Source: Malacoraja senta | Lineage: Eukaryota | Length of the DNA stretch: 64,000 nt | Direction of reading: 5' to 3' | Assembly (NCBI GenBank): GCA_038087875.1 | Contig: CM075981.1 | Span: forward strand, 1,550,001-1,614,000 | Part shown: piece by piece, positions 24,377 to 36,191 of the stretch | How the letters are laid out: the number at the start of each line of letters is the position of its first letter | How positions within the stretch are numbered: position 1 is the stretch's first letter | Notes under the pieces: generated by a model | The model's database searches: none | Told to the model about the DNA's origin: nothing | The model's input: only the letters and a program-made list of their open reading frames with translations | Program-made: the position numbers and the translations under genes

Positions 24377-24688
24377 GTGCACTGTGGGCAGAGAGCGAAG
24401 TACGAGGGGTTGTGGGAAGCGCGATCTCAATCGATTGTCACTATGCAGCAGTGTACCGCTCACACACAAAATACTGGTGCCCTGGGACAAGTCGCCAGTG
24501 TAAACATATCGTGGAAACAAATGGGAAACAAGGACAGAGCGGAAGAGTGTCAATCACAGATAACCCGGCACGAGGAATATTTACTGTGACTGTGGAGGAT
24601 CTTCACTCTGGAGATACAGGATGGTACAGATGTGGAATTATTGCACCTGGCGAACCAACATTTAAAGTACATCTCCAAGTATCTGAAG
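24377..24688 (+). CDS. Gene B exon 6: Ig V domain V4
   Basis: tttcAG|GT GCA CTG TGG start and GAA G|GTaggt end; 312 nt, phase 1-1, intact V motifs. Confidence 0.92.
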
Positions 24689-25289
24689 GTAGGTTTCTCA
24701 GTGAGTGACTTCATGTCTCGACTTTGGCATCTGCATAAAACATTTGTTGGGTCACATATGGGAGTCTGGTGCACAGTTCTGGTCGCCGCTTTATAAAACA
24801 AAAGATGTGAAAGGTTTGGAGAGGTTACAGAAAAATGTCACCGGGATATTTAGTTGTAGTTTACAAATGCAACATGGAAACGGATCCTTCGGCCCACCGA
24901 GTCCACACCGACTAGCGATCACCGGTCACACTAGTTCTATGTTATTCCACTTTCCCATTCGCTCCCTACACACAATTCTACAATACCGCCATTCACACAC
25001 CTCATTAGTGCAACATTATCACTATCAACAATTGTATACAAGGAAATTTAAAAGTTGTTGATAATGATACTGTTGCACTAATGAAGTGTTTGAATGTTGG
25101 TATTGTAGAATTGTGGCAGAGTTTCAGATTAAAAGAAGATTAACTGCAGATGCTGGAAATATAAAACAAAGACAGATGGTGCTGCTGTGTATTGGTGCAG
25201 TGGCAGACATGGTAGTTCTGCCAGCTGGGTGGATGGAGAGACACAGAGATGTTCAAATCTGTTAAATTGTGAGGAGAAGGTACAGGGAA

Positions 25290-25740
25290 GACTTACAAGG
25301 ATGTTGCGAGGGATTGAGCAGATTAGGACTTTATTTCTTGGAGCACAAGAGGATGAGGGATGATCTTATGGCAGGTAAAAAATAATGCGAGGAATAGATC
25401 GAGTTAATACACAGCCTTTTGCTCAGAGTAGGGGAATCGAGAACCGGAGGACATGGTTTTAATATGAGGGGGGAATGATTTAACAGGAACCTGGGGAGTA
25501 ACGTTTTTACACAATGGTTGGTAGGCACATGAAACGAACTGCCGACAGAAGTAGTTATGGCAGGTACTATCGTAACATTTAATAAAATATTGGACATGTA
25601 CATGAATATGATATGTTTAGTGGGTTAAGGGCCAAGAAAGGGCAGGTGGAACTAGTGTAGATTGGGCGTGTTGGTCAGCGAGGGCAAGTTAGACCGAAGG
25701 GCCGGTTTCTATGCTGTATGACTCTATGATTCTATGTAGA
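25290..25740 (+). mobile_element. CR1-type LINE 3' end; paralogue at about 48050-48510
   Basis: ggaggatgagggatgatctt...gaaccggaggacatggttt...ttttacacaatggttgg...ctgtatgactctatgattctatg, a degenerate CR1 C-terminus and tail. Confidence 0.65.
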
Positions 25741-25855
25741 TGGATGGGTCAGATTCCAAAATGGCGGCTCTGGCTAAGATACATGGTGGATATTGGCGAG
25801 TGTTTGATTTTCAGATGTTCACTCAGTTGTCTGACTGTTTGCTCCTTTCCCACAG

Positions 25856-26176
25856 ACCCCGTGTCTGTTCCTGTGCTTGGCTTTCTGTCACCAGCCAATG
25901 TCTCCTGTCTCGGGGGCTCAGTGACAGTGTCCTGTGAGTCGGTCAGTGGATCCCTTCCCATTAGCTACACATGGTATGAAAAGACCCCATCTGTGGATTC
26001 AAAGATCTCAGACCAAAATGCCCTGGATCTGCATTGTCAATCATTCAAACACCAGCACCATCAATATTATTGCACAGCCTCCAATAATAATGGAACAAAA
26101 TCCAGTGAAATGGTCAATGTGTCCATCTCCAGCAGTGACGTGCCCTGCAGTTTTCTAGTGAAAATCAACGGCACTG
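25856..26176 (+). CDS. Gene B exon 7: Ig C2 domain C2-2
   Basis: cccacAG|AC CCC GTG start and ACT G|GTaagt end; 321 nt, phase 1-1. GGSVTVSCESVSGSLPISYTWY...YYCTASN. Confidence 0.9.
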
Positions 26177-26789
26177 GTAAGTAGTGGGGGGAATGAGGAG
26201 AAGAAGGGGAAGTGCGGGTGGGGGTTTCATCAGATTACAAGTGATAGAAGCAGAAATAGACCATTCAATCATGGCTGATCTATCTTCCCCATTCTCCTGC
26301 TTTCTCCTCATAACGTCCGTCACCCTGAAATCCCTGCACGTTATTTAATTAATTTATCAAGATTAATATATGGAATTATGGCTCATTTGTCAGTACTTGG
26401 TTGTTGGGCTCCAGAAATAGAATTCCTAGTGCTGGTGTAGGCTAACATCCTGTATAGAATTGTCTCTTCCATTTACACAGCTTTAAACTAGGTTTGCAGT
26501 GACATCAGTCCATGCACATTCACTTTCCCACCACATGATCCACACACAGATATGGTAAGGGATCAGACATTATCAGTAAATGTGGCCACAGTTAAATCCT
26601 TGACGACGGTATCCCATTTACCAGCACCTCGTCCATTGCAGCAATTCAGGTACCTCCACCTTCTGGGTTTAAAAATATGTCTTGATACCCTTGAAACATC
26701 CTGCTCCTTAACTTAACCATGTGTTCTCCACATTTACACATATCTGTCGTGCAACATTTCCCAAAAATCCACTGTCTATGCAGCTCAGA

Positions 26790-26965
26790 GTTTTTGCACA
26801 CCTGTAATTGGTTTCCCCTTCCTCACCTGGGGGAGGCGGACAGGAGCACTTGGAGAAAACCCACACGGTCACAGGGAGGTGGTAAAAATTCCGTACATCC
26901 GTAGTCAGGATCGAACCCGGGTCTCTGGCGTTGTAAGGCAGCAACTCTACCGCTGCGCTACTGTG
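26790..26965 (-). mobile_element. tRNA-derived SINE, minus strand; related copy at about 49840-50060
   Basis: Reverse complement of the SINE head (gcagcggtagagttgctgcc...cccgggttcgatcctgactacgg). Confidence 0.75.
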
Positions 26966-27159
26966 CCGTCGACACCTGGCGCCAGAGTTGTTACCAGCCC
27001 GCCTGCTTGTCGTAACATCTCCCATTTACTCAACTCACACTGAAGAAACATTATCCTGTCTGTTAAGCCTATCAACTACTTACATCGGAAAACCATACTC
27101 CTTTGTTCAACTGCAAGTGAAAAGCAGTGAAACTGACTTTTATTTCCTTGTTCCAACAG

Positions 27160-27208
27160 GTCATGAATATTCTTGTGAAAATTCGATAACATCCAATTAC
27201 TCTGCAAG
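27160..27208 (+). CDS. Gene B exon 8: 49-nt linker exon (G)HEYSCENSITSNYSA
   Basis: ttccttgttccaacAG acceptor and AG|GTaaac donor; phase 1 to 2. Paralogue at 50254-50302 has the same length and phase. Confidence 0.8.
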
Positions 27209-29503
27209 GTAAACCACTTTATTTCCAATGGAAGTTACAATATAGTAATTGCTGGTGTTTTGGTTGGGAATGCTTTATTTGGGAGAAATTTGTGCCTGCC
27301 TTTCACTGGCATTAAATGCCCTGAGAGTATTGATCTGAATGCACAGTGGCACAGCCGATAGAATCACAGCCTCACAACACCACGACCCTGGTTCATTCGG
27401 TGCTGTCTGTGCGTGGTCTGCATGTTTTGCCTTTTATTGTGTTGGTTTCATTTAAGTGCTCCAGTTTCCTCCCAGCTCCCAAAGATGTGCCAGTTGTAAA
27501 TTGCCCCGTGTGTACAGGACAGCGGTTGAATCTGTGGATAGGGGATGGGGCGGGGAGGGAGGGAGGGTGTTGGACGGTAGTGCTAGTTGATGAGGAAGTG
27601 GGGAAAATAAAAATGGGATTGACAGAGGATCCGTGTGAATGTAGTTGACTGTCGGCACAGACCAGAAGGGCCAAATGGCCTGTTTCAATACTGTGTTTCT
27701 CCATGGGTCTTTGATCCAATGAAACCAAATATCGAAGCATAATCAAATTTTGTACGTCCAGCCATGATCACATTGAATGGCGGTGCTGGCTCAAAGGGCC
27801 GAATGGCCTACCCCTGCACCTCTTGTCTATTGTCTATTGTCTATTGTTTCAAGCCTGACACCAAATATAAATGTATCTCTTAAATATTCGTTAATAATAT
27901 GTATATAACTTGCAAACCAATTATTAGTTAACTCTTCAGAAGGGGAATTACACTGGGTTTACATCTCATTGTGTTGTGTACATGCTTGGATGATAAGAAC
28001 AAGTTCTTCCATTTGCTGCTTTTCAGAGAGCGCTTCCTGCAGTATTCACCATGACTTCTCCTTCACTAACCTCATCCCATGCTGTGAGATGAATATAGTT
28101 GCCAAACCCAAGTCTTGCAGTTTAGCTTGGTTGACACTTGCTCTGGTGTGGTGCTGATAGGTAAATGCATTATGAATTATGGGCTAAGACACCCCCCCTT
28201 GATATCACTTATGGCAACACCTTGCCATTGATGGGGTCACGCACCAACAATTCGCTGGCGCAGAATGTGAGAAAAGTCTTGAATCAGACCGAATACAGCG
28301 AACTGAGTTAACTCAATCAATCAATCAATCAATCAACCGTTATTGTCATTTTAAACATTTCACACATAAATAAAAACAATAAAAACACTCCAAAATAATA
28401 ATAATCAATAAATAAATATATAAATAAAACAATCCAGTCCCTGATAAAAACAATACAAATAGCTAAAAAGTGCAGGTAAAAAAACAGCAACATTAAAATA
28501 CAAGTAAAAACATTCATAAATAACTGACGCTCCCTTACACATTGAACCTTGAAAACATTGTTTTTTTAAATTATCCCTGAATATTCCATCATAATACAGT
28601 CATGAAAGTGGGAACACTTTGTTATTTATCTTGTTACAATTGAAATAGGTCTGGCTTTCTATCACACTCTTGCGATAGGAAATAAGAATATTAATAAAAC
28701 GCACGCCGCTATTAGCGAACCTTTAACCGATTTTTCGAACACACACCATCCACACACCTACCGCGTTAATCCAAGTAATATCGAGGGGGCGAGATTAAGC
28801 ATTAACATTTTTAATTTATTTTATTACTTGGCCTCATCCGTTTCCATATTTATTGTCCCACCTCCCTTCCACCATTAGAATTGATCCCTTTTAATTAATC
28901 TATCCATATGGATTTTATTATAATCTTCCTTGCAGCTGCATTTTCTTTCTTCCAGGGTATTACACTGTTCTTTGTATCTTTCACACATCCACAGTGTTCC
29001 CTTTCCCGTGACTCCCAGTCTGAAGAAGGGTCTCGACCCGAAACGTCACACATGGGGTCATGCAGCAAAGATTCGGTGGCGCAGAAAGTGAGAAACCAGC
29101 CTTGAATTCAACCGAATACACCGAACTGTCTTAACTGACGCTCCCTTACACATTGAACCTTGAAACCTCTCCCGCTGTGTTTCGCCAGCATTGTGTGTCA
29201 CTGAATTCACTGCTCCATCTGCTGACTTATTTCTCTGTCTTCTCCGAATCCATTTAACCGTCTAATCTCTGATACCCAGTATTGTAGATATGCTCCAGCA
29301 AAGAGGTCAGTAATTGGTGATCATAGGTTGTCCCCCCCCCCCCAGTCCAACACCCGTTCTTTCTCCAAGATGATCTCCATTGGCTCTGCTGCTTCGCCCC
29401 GCTCCACTTCACTAAGATTATGAAGCAAATAACAGGTAAATGTTTCAAAGATAAATCGTCACGTTTCCTCCCATTGATTCTGTATCTCTTGCCCTTTGCC
29501 CAG

Positions 29504-29589
29504 TTACATCTCATGGAATGTGGGGCGCTGGTTGTTCTTTCTCCTGCTTGTGCTCTGGAGTATCTCAACCGCGGTGTTCACAAGAGGCT
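29504..29589 (+). CDS. Gene B exon 9: transmembrane exon with an NxxR arginine, (S)YISWNVGRWLFFLLLVLWSISTAVFTRG
   Basis: ctcttgccctttgcccAG acceptor in phase 2, matching the linker exon. Hydrophobic helix. Donor T|GTAAGG at 29590 (phase 1), with an alternative AAG|GTAGGT at 29595. Confidence 0.75.
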
Positions 29590-30692
29590 GTAAGGTAGGT
29601 TTTATTATCATCATGTTCATAAATTATAGGAGCAGAATTGGTCCATTCAGCCCATTATATATAATCCGCCCCCAATCACGACTATTCTAGCCTTCGCTCC
29701 CGATCCATCCTCCTGCCTTCACCCTATAACCCTTGACATCCTTATTTATGAGGAATATGAAAATCTCCGGCTTAAAAATATCAATTGATTTGGATAGGTA
29801 CAAAAATACTGGAGTAACTCAGCGGGACAGGCAGTATCTCCGGAGTGGATTGATATGGCCTCCACAGCCTCCTATGGTAATGAAATCCATTGATTCACCA
29901 CCCTCTGCCCAAAACAATCCATTCTCTTCGCCGAATGTATCCAAACGGTTTCCATTAATGCTTTCAAATATCCTGTCCATTGATATAAACAAAAGTCGTG
30001 CACGTTTTCATAACCTGAAGTTAAACCAAATCACTATGTAGATGATATCATGTGGTTTTGTCAGGTTGTACGTGTGCTGGGTGGATTTCTGTGCGCGGTG
30101 TGGATTCGTTGGGGTCCATCTTCCAGACAGCCATGTGTTGGGGGTGGTCGGGTCAAATAAAGCGTGGTTCCCACTGTCAGTGAGTCTGATGACTTCACAT
30201 TGTCTTTTGCAGAGACGCGATGAATCAGAACCTCGCCACTCGACACACGAATTAGAATGAAGACTCCTAGCTTGCACCAACAGTGAGGGAATTCTGCACC
30301 GCGATGAAATATTTATGCATCATCCTGCTTTGTCAACTGATACCAATTGGACGAATATATGTATCTTGCAATTCAACGAACGGTTTCATGAAAGTGACTT
30401 CAAAGCAATGTTCCAAACTTTCCAAACCATATCTGTTTCCAAAACTCATTTACCGCACTGGTCTTAATGTTTGTCACCTCTTCCAAGGTTTCTTTCATCA
30501 CCTTCGAACTATTGTTTTAACCTCTGCGTGGTTTCTGCTGCTCAAAAGTCTTATACCCTGTTAAAATATATTATATGCATTCAACTTCCTGGAAAAAAAT
30601 GTTTTCGCTGACAAATGAATAATTATGCATCAGGATGCTTCTTAATAAATTTTTGTTGTCAATAAATGGTTTGTCTAATTTGTTTTGTTTAG

Positions 30693-30763
30693 ACTGTAAA
30701 TTTAGTGTTGAAGAACAGACTGAAATCAGATTGCTGGAGATTTCTCCTGTTGCCAAACGTTAA
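30693..30763 (+). CDS. Gene B exon 10: short cytoplasmic tail (Y)CKFSVEEQTEIRLLEISPVAKR*, no ITIM or ITAM
   Basis: ttgttttgtttAG acceptor at 30691-30692. Phase 1 fits the 29590 donor. Frame and stop are conserved in the relic at 8633-8703. The summed exons give 2142 nt, or 713 aa plus stop. Confidence 0.6.
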
Positions 30764-30899
30764 AGGCGTTAAGGAATGGCAATGATTAATCTTTCAGACC
30801 GTGCTATCCCATCAGAACAAAACTCCAGATGCTGGTTTAAACTGAAGATAGACATAAATTGCTGGGGTAACTCAGAGTGACAGGCGGCATCTGTGGATA

Positions 30900-31830
30900 T
30901 ATGAGGTAAGTTTAGGCGGACTCAGCGGCGGTATTCAACGAATTGATCGCCGATCCTGCGCTTGTTCTCGCTTCTCGGCGATCGCTTCGCTGAACAGCTC
31001 CGCTCAGTCGGCCTAAACCTACCTGACATCCCGGTCAATAGACAATAGACAATAGACAATAGGTGCAGGAGTAGGCCATTTGGCCCTTCGAGCCAGCACC
31101 TCCATTCAATGTGATCATGGCTGATCATCCCCAATCAGTACCCCGTTCCAGCCTTCTCCCTATATCCCCTGACTCCGCAATTTTTAAAAGCCCTATCTAT
31201 CTCTCTCTTGAAAGCATCCAGAGAACCTGCCTCCACCGCCCTCTGAGGCATAGAATTCCACAGACTCACCACTCTCTGTGAGAAAAAGTGTTTCCTCGTC
31301 TCCGTTCTAAATGGCTTACTCCTTATTCTTAAACTATCGCTCCTGGTTCTGAACTCCCCGAATATCGGGAACACGTTTCGCTAAACAGTTTAACTCCCCC
31401 TCCCATTCCCACACTGACATTTCTATCCTGGGCATCCTCCATTGTCACAGTGAGTCCCAGCGCAAATAGGAGGAACAGCACCTGATATTTCGCTAGGGCA
31501 GCTTACACCCCAGCGGTGTGAACATTGACTTCTCTAACTTCAAGTAACCCTTGCTTTCCCTCTCAATCCAGCCCCCCAATTACCAGCTCTCCGATCAGTC
31601 TGACAGTCTCCGACTACATTTTACCTCTCATTGCTTTGTTGTTATCTTCTCCCAGCTAACAATGATCTATTCTACATTTTCCTTGAGCTTCACCCCCTTT
31701 GTCCCGTTTTCACACCTTACAATTCCTAATCTAATTATCTCCACCTCCCTTGACTTCAGTCTGAATAAGGGTCTCGATCCGAAACGTCACCCATTCCTTT
31801 CATCCATAGATGCTACCTGTCCCAATGAGA
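30900..31830 (+). mobile_element. Penelope-like fragment interrupted by a minus-strand CR1 3' end (about 31062-31375)
   Basis: Homologous to 8960-9560 with an insertion. ORF 31135..31374 (-) is a CR1 C-terminus (FFSQRVVSLWNSMPQRAVEA) with an (ATTGTCT)n tail. Confidence 0.7.
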
Positions 31831-34623
31831 TACTCCAGCATGTTGTACAACAATATTTTTTTGATTAAATGATTGAAAGAAACAGCATGGATACTGACCA
31901 TTTGGCCCACTGAGTCCACGTCAACCAGCAATCAACCCTTTCACAGTAATGTTGATAAACATTTTATTGCTGCAACGAGTTATTCATTTTGTCCACCGTA
32001 CAAAAGAGTTAATGGACTATAAATAATGGCCAAGGTGGCGCAACGGTAGAGTTGCTGCCTTACAACGCTTGCAGTGCGGGAGACCCAGGTTCGATCCCGA
32101 CTACGGGAGCTGTGTGTACGGAGTTTTTACGTTCCACCGTGACCGCGTGATATTTCTCACAGATCTTCGATTTCCTCCCACACTACAAAGACGTACAGGT
32201 ATGTAGGTTAATTGGCTTGCTATAAATGTAAATTGTCCACAGTGTGTGTGGGATAGCGTTATTGTGCGGGGATCGCTGGTCAGTGTGGACTCGGTGGGCC
32301 GAAGGGCCTGTTTCCGCGCTGTATCTCCAAACTAAACTAAACTAAACTAAATTAGTGGAAAGTCTATTCTTGTGCCGAACAAAATGGTTGAGTTGCAGCT
32401 TGCAAAGCCCGGGGTGTGAAACTGCAAATACATTGTGTTGCTTTCTTCAGTCTGACTTGTGACTGTAACCCCGCCCATGAAAGAACTGTGAAGGATGTTG
32501 TTTGAATATAAGAAATGGTGACCTGCAAAAACGGAGTAACCACCATAAAGTTCCGAAAGAGTCAAGGATTGCTTTGGGTAAAATGTCCCACTTACAAAGA
32601 TAAATATTATCCACACAGTAAGCAGGGAGACGAGGAAATGAGACCAGAGGCTGCTTTGAACTCATAAACCCCCATGTTAGGGATATCCGAGGAGTGCTGA
32701 ATAGCCAGAGATACTTGCAGATTCTGTGGTCACATTGATGCTGCCTGGCCCCTTTCAACTCGAGCTTGTTGATGGTCTAATGGGAGGAATGAACTTGAAT
32801 TGGATCTTACCCCACTGCTAGACATCCCAAAGTGCCTCATAGATAGTGAGAGGTAAACAGTCTGAGATGCGACAGATAGACACAAAATACTGGAACAACT
32901 CAGCGGGATAGGCAGCATCACAGCAGGGAAAGAACGGGTGACATTTCGGGTCGATGCCACTATTGTGTTTAGTGATGGGTACTGGCTTGCAATGTACTTT
33001 AATCTAATATGTTCAAACAGTCATTTATTTCTTTACACTGATTTGTTCTGCAGTGCTGACACTTTGCTCGCGCTGCTGAAAAAAAGGGTGTGTAGATTCG
33101 TAACTCTGAACAGCATCTTGCGAGCAGCTCGCTGTAAAACTGTTTGTTGAGAAGTGTTTGCAGTAGTCATGGGTCAAAGGCGAATGTAGACAGAATTCAA
33201 TTGTTCTGCTGCATCGTCCGTTCCTCTCTGCAGTGTTTTTAGGGGGCAAGTATGCAGGAAATAGCTCCTAACAAAAGATCCTTTACTGAGGGTCGCCAAC
33301 GCTCAGCTAACACCAGTGGCGGACTCATCAGTGTGTTACACCCATACTACGTGATACACAACATTGCCACAGATGTACACAACCAGAATAAACGACACTG
33401 TTCCACTAAAAGTGACACACCAGAACGATAGACGGCAGCAGATATTAGGTTATATTATAATGCAACTAGTTGCCTACAGAATGAATTCGTTGCAAGCAGA
33501 TGTACAAAGTCAGCCAATGGAATGTACATGAACACAACCCTGATAATGTATTCGCTCTGCATTGTAAAGAAGACAAGTTAATAATTCAATTCGCCGTGCA
33601 TATTCTACCTTGCTTTAACTTCACTAAGTGTATCACTTCGCCCTTGTTGAGTTACATTACACATGTCAGTTACATTCCACATCCCGCTTTCCCAGCTGAT
33701 CTCCATCCTGTGGTAATTCTAGACAAACTTCTTCACAGTCCTCCAGACCGTTAATTTTCTATTTTCAAAATGTGAATACCATGACAATAGTGTTTCAAAT
33801 TTGAATTGAAGAGTTGAAGCAGAGAGGAGAGGGTCAAACTCCAATTAACCTCAGCTGATTTCAGGTGAAAATCCCCTACGTCCTAACGCCAGCTTCCTGT
33901 TTTGCCCCTTGTCAACAGTAATAAGCAAAAACAAAAGTTCCAATTATTATATTTTTGATCTGCCGGTCCACTTACAAAATCATCAAGAGGGAATGATCGG
34001 GAAGTGTACACATCTTAGGCGTTTCTACAATTCTAAATCGTCATATTTTATCCAATGTATCATTGTTTACATGAAGGGGCCCGACCCGAAACGTCACCTA
34101 ACCATTTTCTCCAGAGGTGCTGCCTGGCCCGCAGAGTTCCTTATGAATTTTTTTGTCTATCATTATTTCCACCACTTTTCAGTGTTAACAGACTCTGAGT
34201 ACAGAGATAATCGCCGCTGCATCCTAACGGATACATCACACTTGACGAAGTGGTTGAAGCAGCTGCAATAACAACATGTAACGAGCACTTGGACAGTTCC
34301 ACGTATGGGGAAGGTTTGGGGAGTTTCGGGTTGAACGTGGGAAAATCTGACTAACTTAGATGAGCACATTGGTCTAACGCGTTGGGGAGAAGGGCCTGTT
34401 TCCGTGACGTATGACTGTGATCATCCGACCCAACCATTTGTTAAATATAACCCTGATCCTTTCACACTGTAACGTGTCGAGCTGCTGCTGGCTCGCTGTG
34501 GTTCACGATCTGAAGTCCTGTTCCCTTCTTCGTCGTTGCTATTCGAGAGATGAGGTTGTATCTGAGAGCTACGAGCTGAGCGACAGACTGACAAGTGCTG
34601 ACCTCGTCACTGTGGATAAAACA

Positions 34624-34660
34624 ATGTGGATTCCCATTCTTCTCATCTCCTCGCTGCCGG
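34624..34660 (+). CDS. Gene C exon 1: leader MWIPILLISSLP(G)
   Basis: Identical to 11582-11618, with a G|GTGAGT donor. Confidence 0.88.
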
Positions 34661-36191
34661 GTGAGTGAAAGCCAGATCCTGATATTCCAATGATCAATGT
34701 TATTTGGCGTCCCATGCACCCTTTTCACAGCAGAGATAGTTAAGTATGTGTAGACATGTAATGGGGGAGGTGCAACTCAGTGCATTGTGGTGATGGATCT
34801 GAAATCACATTTGAATATCTAGACTATGTTCGTAGTTTAATCACTGTTGGCACTTGGTCTAATAGCATCCTGATGATAGTTTATAGGCATAAAATAGCAA
34901 ATGAATTTGGAGCAGATACTCCAAGATACCTGGACCGGACATAGGTTGCAGCATCACCAGGAAGTTAATTCTACACTTTTGAAATGTGTTTACAACTTAG
35001 GGGGGAGTCGGGATTGTGGACTCATTGTGTCAGTTCAAATATTCCCTGCATTTGTCCAACTCAACTCTGTCGCAAACCCAACAATCCCCCGGAGTCTGAG
35101 ACTGAACCACTGTCCTCGCCCTATCCACCTACCCCCAACTCTCTCTCCATCCTCTTTCCAATCCGCAACCAAGTCGCGCTGAAATGCAAGTTCAGTTTAT
35201 TGTCACGTGTACCGAGGTACAGTGAAAAGCTTTTTCTTGCGTGCTAACCAGCCAGATACATGATTATAATCGATCCTCTTACAGTGCATAGATACATGAA
35301 AGGGAAATAAAGTTTAGTGTAAGGTAAAGCCAGCGAAGTCCGATCAAGGGTAGTCCGAGGGTCTCCAAAGAGGTAGATAGTTCAGCACTGCTCTCTGGTT
35401 GTGGTAGGATGATTCCGATGTCTGAGTACAACTGCGAAGGAACTGTCCCCGAATCTGGCGGTGTGCGTTTTCACGCTAATAACGCTCTCCGATAATGTAC
35501 CCGCTTTATTGTAGTTCGTCCGTCCTCTGTGTCCTCAGTCAGGGCTTTGTAAAGGCAGTGAATGTCTAAACACGGGTCCGCCTTTCCGCGGCCGGGTGGG
35601 ACTACAGGGGTACCAGGCGCTGTTCGCGGGCACCTGGGGGATTTCCGGGACATCTGGGCACCGCCTCGGGTTGAATACATCCTTGACAAGTATTGTAACA
35701 TAGTTGTATAGTTGTTTATTTCGTTTATTTGTTTCTCTTGTATTATGGTGGTGGGTTCTGTTTTGTTTTATTGTATCGTAAGTATTATTTTCAATAATTA
35801 AATTAATTATTTGATAATATTTTTAAAAAAACACGGGTCCGGCCCAGTGTCGGTTGAGAGATGAATGTTGGCAGCGCAGCCGGCGGCACCGCCAATTAAA
35901 TAGCAAAGTGGGTGCTATTTAATTAAATAGCCTGTGATTGTTGGAAGGCAGCTCCTGCAACACTGCCGCGCTCCCTCAGAACCGCACTGCGATCCCAGCC
36001 CAGTTTCTGCTCAGGGATCTGGAGTGGGAAGTGAACCCAAATTGTACTGACCCGCGGACAGAACATTGACACAACTGGTACAATAACAGCACTGTCTGCA
36101 CTTCAGACCGGAGACATTGGTCGTGAAGCAATATGACACATTATGGAACGTTTTACGTTTTCTTTCATGTAATCTTCAAAATGTATCAATT

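Noticed and set aside
30064-30160. gtcAG|GTTGTACGTGTG... considered as the terminal exon of gene B
   Set aside because: The translation resembles a decayed LINE RT C-terminus (RVQNGFL...LLQRRDE). The 30693 exon fits phase and paralogue conservation better.
32035-32105. tRNA-like sequences with A and B boxes
   Set aside because: These are heads of tRNA-derived SINEs continuing into SINE bodies, not tRNA genes.
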